Shown here piece by piece: positions 15,001-25,700 of a DNA stretch of 64,000 bases. A model generated the notes under the pieces. It saw nothing but the letters and a program-made list of their open reading frames with translations, had not been told where the DNA came from and made no database searches. How positions within the stretch are numbered: position 1 is the stretch's first letter; every line of letters starts with the position of its first letter. The position numbers and the translations under genes are program-made. Origin of the DNA: Azolla caroliniana (taxonomy: Eukaryota > Plantae > Polypodiophyta); NCBI GenBank assembly GCA_043228905.1, contig JBHGNT010000020.1:11594001-11658000 (forward strand). Direction: 5' to 3'.

Positions 15001-17963
15001 GAATGTCTCTCTTTTCTTCTATGAAATCATCTATCTTCTTGCCCTTTCCTTTCTCTTTCTTGTATTTGAAACAATCACGTTTAAAGTGACCCTTTTTGCT
15101 GCAGTGATGGCATTCTACATCTTTACCACGTGATTTACTACGGCCATAACTATCAGATTTGCCTCTCTGTTGTGACCTACCCCTCATATGCAACACACTA
15201 GAGGGCTTATTGGATGCATTGGTTTGCCGGCTCATCTCTTCCGTGAGTAGAGAACTCTCTACATCGGCATAAAGAAGCATCGCATTTGAATTGCTCATAG
15301 CAGTCCTGAAAGTATCCCAACTTTCTGGCAAGGTGCAAAGTAAAAACTTGGCCTTAAACTAATCATCAATGATGAATTTCAAGGCAACCATCTGGCTGAA
15401 AATGGAATTGAACTTACTCAGGTGAGTTGACATGGGTGTGGCCTCTGTCATACGCAAATCCGTAAGTTTCTTAAGCCAATAAACTTTGCTAGCTGCCGTC
15501 TTCTGGGCATATAGTTCCTCTAGTCTAGTCCAAACCTTCAATATTAAACAAGGCATTAGAAATCGACAACTCAATAGTCGAGTGTGCAAGCTCGTTCAAC
15601 TCTTGCCAATCATCTTGGTCCATATCTGTAGGCTTTACCCCTTTGACTTTAATAGGCTTTGTATGCTTCTTCTACAGCAAGATGTTGTAGCACTGCTTTT
15701 TCCAAACCGCAAAGTTATGTGCACCCTCAAGATTCTTGATGTGCATAATGTGGCTACTGTCACTGCTGCTAGTCATGATTTCTTAGCCCAAACGGAGGAC
15801 CAAACCTGCTCTGCAGAAAACCCTAAACTTTGCTTTGTAGAAACCCTAAACTCTGCTCTGATACCAGTTTGAAGGTAGCACGAGGATTAGGGTTTAGGTC
15901 AAAAACAGAGAGGGAGAGAGTCTGAGTGAGAGACAAAGGGAGAGAGAGAGAGAGATGCATGCTGTCTTGGGTATAAAGAGTGTACCTCTTTTTTGGTTTT
16001 TAGATATTATGTATAGACAAGTCAAAAGTGTGCTACGAGTGCGTTCACTCTCGTGCACTAATAAAAGGCAGGATGGCCCTTTATTTCCAACGTGGCCTTT
16101 AACCTATTTTCAATATTATGATAATATTCCTTGTAATGTGCAATTTAACTATTGGTTGTATTTTTTACTCAGTTCTTTAAGGGCCTTAGCTTTCAAACCA
16201 TTTCTTCAGTTGGTCCAAATGCAGCCATTATTCATTACTCTCCCCATCCTGATACTGCTGCAGAGATGGATCCAGATAACATCTATTTGTTTGATTCTGG
16301 GGGACAAGTATATATTTCTCAGCTTTCCTCTATCTGTTAAACCCTAAACCCTAAACTTTTAAATGTTTTAAGTTTTGTGATTTTCTATGCAGTATCTAGA
16401 TGGTACAACTGATGTCACTCGCACGGTGCACTTTGGCAACCCCTCAGCTCATGAAAGAACATGCTATACCCAGGTAAAATACTTGAAATTTTGGAGTTCC
16501 TGTATTGGACTAACTGGAGCTCTTCATAGAGCTAGAGCTAAGGCACTTTTTCCTAAATTGCAGGTTTTGAAGGGCCATATAGCTTTAGATACAGCCGTTT
16601 TCCCAAATGGCACCAGTGGTATGCCATGATGATGTTTCATCCTCTGATACATGATATATGTTTTCAATTAGGATGCTAAATTTCAGTTCAAACTGCAGGA
16701 TATACCCTTGATATCCTAGCAAGAGTGCCATTATGGCAAAGTGGTTTGGACTATTGCCATGGTACTGGTCATGGAGTGGGTTCATATCTAAATGTACATG
16801 AAGGTAAAATGTTTCCGGATAAGTATAATCAATAGATAATAACCACCATAAATGGATATGAATGTTCTCATTGATATGATTCAGGTCCACATTTAATAAG
16901 CTTCCGTCCAAGTGCCCGAAATGTTCCTCTTCGAGCATCAATGACAGTTACTGATGGTAAATAGTTTCGAACTGGACTTGTTTTTATAGAATAAAAGAAA
17001 TATACATACATATATTACCATATCTAAAAGACAATAATGACTCATACCTGACATTTCACTCAAAAGAACTAAACTTAAATATATCCTTTGTGTATAATTT
17101 ATGACAGAGCCTGGCTATTATGAAAATGGGAATTTTGGTATCAGGCTGGAGAATGTTTTGATTGTGAAAGATGCCCCTACCGAGTACAATTTTGGAGAGA
17201 AGGGTTACTTGGCATTCGAACATGTTACTTGGGTATGTTTTATTTTAAAATATGCAGGACTTCTATATATAATTCTATCAGCCTGGAATTTGCATGGAAA
17301 AAGTTGGATGCATGAATTATGATAGAATGATACTACTTATATCCCCTTATATAAAATACTATGAGGCTGGAATTCGTATGGAAGAGTTGGATGCATGAAT
17401 TATGATAGAATGATACTACTTATACCCCCTTGAGAGCAAAACCTATTCTGTTTGCTATTTGCTGTAGTACATGCAGCGATTTAATATGATGGGAAAGACA
17501 GTCTGCAGTTGCTGATGATATTGTGCTTTTACATAGAAAACATGGCATTGAAAAGTCGTGTATCTAATGAAGAGTTTTCCCAAATTTGTGCTCAATATAT
17601 AGAAAACATGACATTCGAAACGTTTGTATCCAATCAATATGTATGTTCAGGATAGATCAATGTCCAAAATAACAAAAATGAAACTTTGTATGTTCAGTAT
17701 ACAATGTCCAAAATAAGAACCATGGAGGGGATATGATTCTGCTGAAAGTATTGGATGATGCTTTGTAAGTTAATGAGAATAAAATATTTTTCTCTTTATT
17801 CCAGGTTCCATTCCAGAAGAAGTTGATCAATGAGTTCCTGTTATCAGATACTGAAAAACAATGGGTTAATGAGTATCATCTCAATTGTCGTAAGCATCTC
17901 AGCTCCCTCTTGCCAGAACCCGAGTTGGAATGGTTGACAAAAGCAACAGAGCCTATTGTTTGA
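1..17963 (+). CDS. APP1: Xaa-Pro aminopeptidase P (M24B), 5'-partial, 11 exons in window
   Basis: GT-AG exons <1-170, 564-650, 1192-1259, 2591-2657, 16173-16307, 16393-16473, 16564-16618, 16699-16803, 16885-16956, 17108-17232, 17805-17963 (TGA) splice in frame. They give [107 protein letters not shown], matching plant APP1 with all metal-binding motifs. Confidence 0.96.
971..1090 (-). mobile_element. 5'-truncated 3' end of RTEX-like LINE (same family as 5693-11442)
   Basis: atattaacgccgtttaagaggccagaaaggcctataagaccaaacaagagat..tctcatctttgagaa closely matches 5709-5795; (TTTC)n tail on - strand. Confidence 0.8.
1528..2165 (-). mobile_element. Solo LTR, probably copia-type
   Basis: Perfect terminal inverted repeat TGTTAGA...TCTAACA, flanked by AAAC on both sides. 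Reverse-complement layout resembles the copia LTR at 52324 (cttagagtgcac near the 5' end, tgtaat...atcgattct...aca at the 3' end). Confidence 0.6.
3245..3929 (+). pseudogene. Degenerate RTEX-like reverse transcriptase fragment
   Basis: Broken frames give [58 protein letters not shown], paralogous to ORF 6834-8123. Confidence 0.8.
3948..5150 (-). mobile_element. 5'-truncated RTEX-like LINE, second family
   Basis: ORF pieces 4565-5014 ([17 protein letters not shown]) and 4186-4518 ([14 protein letters not shown]) plus CxxC remnant; 3' end matches the copy at 34690-35195. Confidence 0.8.
6386..10064 (-). pseudogene. LINE ORF2: APE endonuclease + RT + C-terminal Zn finger
   Basis: WNCNG, YTETH, DFNART, STVDY, ADH (APE); [39 protein letters not shown] (RT); [20 protein letters not shown]. 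In-frame TGA at 8148-8150 and a frameshift near 6850. Confidence 0.92.
10072..11143 (-). pseudogene. LINE ORF1 (coiled coil + RRM/CTD-like, LDDDLTPTQ motif)
   Basis: ORF pieces 10868-11143, 10646-10867, 10205-10492, then a frameshifted C-terminus [28 protein letters not shown]. Confidence 0.75.
11694..15776 (-). pseudogene. Copia gag-pol, frameshifted
   Basis: Copia domain order: Zn knuckle [14 protein letters not shown], protease [11 protein letters not shown]-pre-integrase WHGRLGH, integrase [43 protein letters not shown], RNase [19 protein letters not shown]. Split over ORFs 14456-15331, 13578-14483, 12373-13452, 11694-12560. Confidence 0.93.
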
Positions 17964-19774
17964 TGGAACTAACTTTTCAGGGATTATTATCATCATTTAA
18001 ATGATTTGCTCATAAAATCATGAAATGGAGATAATGTTATGAATGAGCTTTTTAGCGCAACCAATTGTAAATTTGTTGCAAAATACATTTGATTTAATTG
18101 CTGTTTGGATTTCCTTAGGGTAAAGGAAAGTAAACACCAACCTGGATTGCTTTATTCAAGTCATCATTTATTTTATGTATAAAATTTATAAACTTGAAAA
18201 GCATGACAACCTATTGATCATAGACATTATTTTATGTGGAGAACCAAAATTATGAACTTGCAAAAGCATTTATCATATTTGATTATGTAGCAACCTGCCT
18301 TGTCGTTTCAAGAACATGCAAATGCCTTGGCACCTATACAAAACACAGTCTTGGTGGAAAAACCTAGCCTTGTTGCATTGTGTTCAATGTGGTGGATGAT
18401 CAGGAACAGTGTGGTACAGACTTAATATGGACTTATTCATCCACTACAACATTTGTACAAAGACCAAGTGTATCTCTTTCTCATAGATTTCTTAGCCAAA
18501 GGTTTGGGAAGCACTTTTTGGCTATTTAGATAGATTCTGTGCATTGTATTTAGATAGATTCTCTAGATGTAGCAAATAATTGAATATGTAGCAAATAAAT
18601 AATTGTGGTGTGTTAGTTGAAAGCCATTGGCAAAAGTAAACTCTGGAAAACAAATACCACTATGTAGGCATTAACTTTAAAGTAAATTGTCATAAATTGT
18701 CTTCTCTTGTTGGGGAATCTAAATGCTCCTCCATGAAGGTTTCTAACTCAAGGATGATGGCTACTTTCATCATGAAGGTGTTGTAATGTTGCACCATCTA
18801 ATAGTCGTATTCAAATTGGGTCATTGGATTCTTGTGCTAATAGTAGACCTTTCTTCATGCCATCTATTGTCAAAAATCAAACTCACCATTAGTCAATTGA
18901 ATCAACTTTGCCAAGCCAATGGAGCATGCTTCCTCTCTGTTGGGGTTGTACTAGTGGTGTTCTTACTTGGGCTACTTAGCCCCCACCCTTTGTTAGGTTA
19001 CAGTTCAATAGATTATAAACACCTAGATTATTTGTTTGGTTGACCACTCTCGTGTCATGATAAACCCAATAATATACAGGTGATGGTATATGATGGCATT
19101 GGATTCTCTCAGATGATTGTGTTTCAATTGGCCCTATATAGATGTAAAATTTAAATGCAAATTACATCCTCTGCCTTCCCTTTGCCCTGTTCAGGGGTTT
19201 AATGGTTTACTTGTTTAATTTTCTTTTGTATTATCTTGAGTTTTTCTGTTATCTCTCAATGTTACATACAAGTGTGCTATTCCATGACTAGGCTCTTTTC
19301 AAGAGAAAGAATACTCTCCATGGCTATTCCATTTATAAGAATCATGAGAAAGAATGGAATGACTGTATGCACATTCTAATAAAAGATTGAAGAATATAGA
19401 ATACTTTGTGGCATTACCATTAAACGAAAAAAAGTAATTCCAAGTCTCTTTCTATGTTATCCGGCGATGACAATGATTCAGATTCTTCCTCGGATTTATA
19501 TTCCATGTTATTTTCACTAGATGATGACAGAGTACGACAAAATGACATTGATTTCACGCCATTTCCAGATTCCATCATTACTCTAGTAAAAAATGAGAAT
19601 GATTCAGACCCATGTGAAAACTCTTCCATATCAAGAATGCTTCACATCCGATACCATTGGAGATTCCATGTCAAACTCTAGAAAATCAAAATGATTCCAA
19701 TTCCTCGTAAACTCTAGGTTGATGATGCAGATTCTGTTCCGGACATGGATGGTTCTGTGCTGTCAATGAGATGG

Positions 19775-22700
19775 CTACAGATTCGAGAGTGAAGCAGCTG
19801 ATACTGAGCTTTTAATACTCGACGTGACCGATTCAAATTTGAAAATACCATATGTACTTCTTTCTTTACTGGGCTTGGTGATCATATTCCCTCCTTTATG
19901 TATATTCATTACACCATTATTCAAATGATTGTGTTTTGATTCACATCCTCCTTTATGTATATTCATTACACCATTATTCAAATGATTGTGTTTTGATTCA
20001 CATCCTCCTTTATTAACATCCACAACACCAATCAAATGGTTTTTCTCCGATTCATATCCTCTGCCATCTGAAAACAGATCAGCATTTGATCTTTGCTGTC
20101 TCTCATCCCGACCTCGCACCTCATCTGAAGGTTTGATCATCCCTCCTTTATTGACATCAACCATGTCATTGAAATTAATATTTCTCGATTCAGAATCATC
20201 GCATTGGCGTCCGGAGGTCCGATAAACATTCACATCCACAACACCAATCAAATGGTTTTTCTCCGATTCATATCCTCTGCCATCTGAAAATAGATCAGCA
20301 TTTGATCTTTGCTGTCTCTCATCCCGACCTCGCACCTCATCTGAAGGTTTGATCATCCCTCCTTTATTGACATCAACCATGTCATTGAAATTAATATTTC
20401 TCGATTCAGAATCATCGCATTGGCGTCCGGAGGTCCGATAAACATTCACACCACGAAGTCTCGCATCCAGCTTCCTTACCTCATTTGATAGAGATGCCAG
20501 GATCGAATTCATGGGATCATCAACCTGAGTTGTTTCAGCTTCACTTATGATCTGAGGCGTACTTCTGCTCACAAATGATTGAGGGGTTGTTGCTCTTGAG
20601 ATGTAACTCTCAATCGTACTCCTGTTCACCAATGATTGTGGGGTTGTTGCTCTTGAAATGTAACTCTCAATAGTACTCGTGTTCACCAATGATTGAGGGG
20701 TTTCTGTTCTTGAAATGTAACTCTCAATCATACTCCTGTTCACTAATGATTGAGGGGTTGTTAATCTTGAAATGTAACTCTCAGAACTCCTACTCATCGT
20801 TGACTCAATAGTTGCGCTAGATTCCTCCAGAGTTGCAACATCTCTCACCTTTCTATCAAGGTCTTGGCTTGTCATATCCCCCACCTTTCTAGCAAAGTGG
20901 CCTTCCGTTGCCAAACCTCTCATTTTCCTAGCAAGACCTTGAATATCGTTGGATGAGGCTGCCCATGAAGCTGATTGAGACTCTTTTACCTGCCTATCTG
21001 TAGGACCATAATGAATCGGTTCTTCATTACATTTATGTGCATTGCCATGGCCATGTCCATCCTCTGAGCTTGTTATACTTGGCAAGTTGAAGGAGTGAGT
21101 TTCTGCAGGAGGTTGGAGAGGGTTATGTACTTGTTTTGCTTGAACAGCAGGTGTAGATATGAGCTGAGAATCAACCGATGATGAGAGTGAATAATCATCC
21201 AGTTTCACAAGCTCCATTGCAACTTCTTTAACTGCTTCATTTGCACTCTGAAGCCTATCTGTGGAAGAAGACATGTTGTTATCAAGCATGATTTTTTGCT
21301 CATTCGAGTTGGGTGTGTTTCTCCCATTGGCAGTAGATACATGTACATCGCCATTTTTGCTCTTGTCCGATATAGAGGGATTTAGGGAGTTCTTCGGAAA
21401 GTGTTTTGGAGACCTATATATCTTTGTCAATTTTGGGTTGAATGAGTTTCGAGGCCGTCCCATTTTCAAAGACTGTGTAAATTTCTTGTTACGTGTATTA
21501 TTATTAGCTTGTTTATGCCTGATCTTTGATGCCATACCAATGCCTTTAGAAGGCTCTGTTTCTCCACCAGTTCCATGATTTAATGATGGGGTCCTCTTTT
21601 TCTCCGTATTCATGTCTCGGTGCCTTAACTCATGAACAACAGCATCTGTAGAATGCTCTGCACGCCTTCCATTTTCATATCTTACTACAGGTCTATGCTG
21701 TGTTCTCTTCTTGTTCTGATGCTTTTCCTCTTTTTCTACCACTTCTTTGGCTTCTGTTCGAATGTCTTTATTTCCCTCCTCAAGTTTCTGAGATCCTGAC
21801 TTATTCCTTGTTTCCTTGCACTCGTGCCTTTCCCCTTTTTCTATGGCTTCTTCAGCTTTTGCTCTGCCATCTTTATTTCCTGCAGCAAGCGGTTGAGACC
21901 TTACATCCGGAGAATACTCAGCCGAATTAAGCTTCATCTCAGTTCTATTGACACCAGCCATTCTGGCTCTGCTCGATTGTTGTGTATGTCTCAGGGCATG
22001 TTGCTTTTCATTGCAAAGATTCTTTGTAAAATCCACAGATTTTCTGTTTCTTTGTGCACCCAGGGATTTTATAATGGGCTTAACCTTCTGCAGTGGGCAC
22101 TCTACACGTTTCCTTGTGATGTTCCTTGGATAGGCTGACGCTTGCAATTCCACTTGCTCCATGCATGCATGCCTCTTGCTCTTCACTTTCGGACAGTCAG
22201 TGCCAGGATCACATTGTTCATTAGAAATCGGAGCTTCATTCTTTGGAGTTTGGGAAAATCTCAGCACTTTCCGGCATCCAATTTGGGCTTTTCTTTTATT
22301 GTGGGGCGAGTTGAATGGAAGGATTGCCTCTTTCTGGAGGTCACTTTCTGCTGTCAAAAGATTACTACCGCCAGTCAAAACATGTTGTTCACTAGAAATT
22401 AGAGCTTCATTCTTCGGAGTTTGGGAAAATCCCAGAACTTTCTGGCATCCAATTTGGGTTTTTCTTTTATTGTGGGGCGAGTTGAATGGAAGGCTTTCCT
22501 CTTTCTGGACGTCACTTTCTGCTGTCAAAAGATTACTACTGCCAGTCAAAACACGTTGTTTACTAGAAATTGGAGCTTCATCCTTCGGGGCTTGGGAAAA
22601 TCTCAGAACTTTCTGGCATCCAGTTTGGGGTTTCAGCTTCGTGCATGCAGCTTCAGCTTCGTGCTTCAGTTTCCGGAATCCAACTTGGGTTTTCCTTTTA

Positions 22701-25700
22701 TTGTGGGACGAATTGAATGGAAGGATTTCCTCTTTCTGGAGGTCGCTTTCAGCTGTCAAAAGATTATTGCAGCCAGCTGAAATGGTTGGAGTGGTGGAAA
22801 ACATGTCTTCATGTTCCACTACTGACCTCCTTGAATTTACTTGTCTCTTCTTAGTGGGGGATGATATGATCCTTATGTTATCCATCTGAGACATTCCCAT
22901 TTCTTCTTTGTTATTGGAGGTAGCAAAATTAATGCCACTTTCCTGTATACCCCTTTTTGAAGTTGGGACTTGAGAAAACATCTGTTTTCCACGCCTGAAT
23001 GTATGTTTTAACTTGTCATCTTTAATGTTCTGACCTACATCCCTATTTAAATATTCCATACTGTTATTCTGGTCTGAATTGCTTGAAGTATTATCTGAAT
23101 CAAAGTCTTCATTAATACTATCTGTTTGAGATCCTTGCTCACCTTGTTCAACACCTAGGCACAATTGATCAACACATAAGATTCAAAACACTTCAATAAC
23201 ATTGGATTTTCTATAACATAATGACCTGATTTTAAAATAGAGAGCTGCTGCTCTGTATATCACTTGATGATAAACCCCAATTGTTTTAGACTTCTCGCCA
23301 GTTAAAAAGGTACCAGACTCAATATATCTGGAACTGGAGATCCCATATGAAATCTAAAACTCATACATAAATGGCTGGCATGCATATTAAGAAACCAACA
23401 AGTCAATGTATATTCACATATAATGATACATTTCTAAGTTTTTCATTAATGACTGTTACTTCCTGGCTATTATTTACTCCCCACAAATAAAGGTTGGATA
23501 TTACATACAGGTTCCTGGGTTATCTACCTTCTATGTGATAATATTTATTTATGTGAAGACTTACAGAGATGGGTTTATTACAAACGAAGTGCTTATAAAG
23601 CCCTTGTATTTTAAAATAATGTTAGTTGTGATAGAGGTTTTCTTAATAATCACTTATCCAAAAAACAATTCCCAGCATTCATGCATTAAAGAGAATATCA
23701 TTTCATTCATTTCAACGTTTACTTCAACATATTCTCAGAAGAAGGTACCAGATCCATAATCTTGATACTCTCATATTATTAGCCTCACACACATCCATAG
23801 TAATACTTCTCACAATGGAAATTTTGTTCGAATACCTATAATATCTCATCTAAATTCAAATTCTAGAATCCATTAGAAGGAAAATCAGTATGGAGATATT
23901 ATAGGCAATATACAAGAATTCTACCAGAGAACCTTAGTTCTTCTACAGTGTCGACCTGGTAAGGGCATGTACATGTATCTTTTACTAGCATTGCAAATAA
24001 TTGGAGAAATTTGAGCATACGAGCAGCGGTATGCTGACCTGTTTCTGTAAAGAATGATGTACTATCACAGAATGCAGCTTCTCTATCATCATCAAGGATG
24101 ATTGTTTCTTAGTGATTGGAACTCGTGATAACTAGCATCTCAAATATGCATGATATGCAGGCAGACATTTTATGTTATGATTCATACCCAGTGTGTTAAC
24201 CGTGGAGTACTCTGAGAGAGCATATATGGCATGCATCTTTATACAGAAAAGCAGTGAGCAACCGTTGCATGGTAATAGGAACACATGTAAAAGAACTAGA
24301 AATATCTAACCAATAGTTGCAATCACCTTCAAAATTTTCTTTAAATGAGGTTCCCACAACTTCCTCTGTTGCGTCCCTCGTTTTCTTATCCTTCTCAGAG
24401 CTTTCAATTTTCATTTCCTCCTCCAATAATTGCAATTTCTGATAGACAAAAAATGGGACACTCAGAAAAATTGTACAGAAAAATGGTTAAATTAGATCTT
24501 TCATGAGATTTCCAAAACAAAGAAGACAAGATGATATAAAATAACTACCTGCTCTATCATAATCTGAGATCCAGCTAACTGACCCCGAAGAGATTTCCTT
24601 TTATCCATGATATTTTTTAATTCCATTTTGGTAAGATTATTCTGTGCCATCACCTGCCTCTGTATCTCAGCAGCTTTCCATGCATCAATCTTAGTGCATT
24701 TCAAAGCGGGATCCATACCACCTTCATCCATGAATAACTGGGAATGTAAAAAAGTGTACTTGAAGTCGCTTGGCTGTAGAAACCTGATGGTTTTCTTCTG
24801 TTCTGAAAACCAACTATTACATCATAACTAAAAACATTATGGTCTGAATGCAAAATAACCAACCATCCATATTATGTAACTAGTGTTTTCCCATATTAAG
24901 TTAACAAACTCATGCTTGTATCAACTTGAACAAAATATAAGCATGATTGAAAATTGTTCTGGATTCATCTATTCAATGATGAATAGAAACAAAGGATTAA
25001 AATCAAATCAACTACCAAGTCACGAGATTTATCTATTATATCAGACATGAAACAGAATCCTCTCAAAGAAACTCTACACAAACACAGAATGATGACGAGG
25101 GCTAAGAGCTAAGGAGATCACCTATGGTTTGTGTCTCTGAGAGGTTTCTAAGTGTTCAGTTAGATGTCAGATGATAGTTATAAACTGCCAAAAAAGGTTT
25201 AAACTTACCCAGATACATGAAATGAGGGACCGGTTGATATTGCCTTCAAGTTTCGTCTACATGTCACAAATTTTTCAAGATTTCTCTCCTGAACTGCGGC
25301 TAAGTCTTTTGTACTTTTTCGCCTTGCAGCTAAAAATTTAGGTTTAGATTCTTCTTCTTTTCTTAAACGCTCCTGAATTTTATGAGTTGGATGAATTAAT
25401 ATAGCCAAGAATTGGTTAAATCACAAATAATAATATTCCAATCAATTAAGTACAAGCAAATCTAAAATTAATATTCCAGAATCTGATGCAATTTAGATTT
25501 ATAGAAATGAAATTCGAATCCCATAATAATATCCAACCTTTTGCAATGCATTTTTGTATCTAACGGCTGCCATCTGGTGATTTATTTCAGCCAGTTTTTC
25601 TAGCTCTAAATTTCTTGCCTCCTACAACTTGAAACATAAAAGATGCTTTAGTTCTTCTATGAGATGTACATCAGACTTCATGATGCGCACCAATACTTTT

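Larger units (their letters stand above)
5619..16092 (-). mobile_element. Ty1/copia LTR retrotransposon (Tnt1/Tork-like), full-length but mutated
   Basis: 5-bp TSD TGGCC at 5614-5618 and 16093-16097. 5' LTR 15870-16092; 3' LTR split into 5619-5692 and ~11443-11598. PBS TGGTATCAGAGC (15855-15866, tRNA-iMet); PPT AGGTGGGAGGT next to 11598. Confidence 0.95.

Noticed and set aside
16750-16770. APP1 DYCHGTGHG instead of the usual plant DYRHGTGHG
   Set aside because: This position varies among aminopeptidase P homologues; the metal-binding residues are intact.
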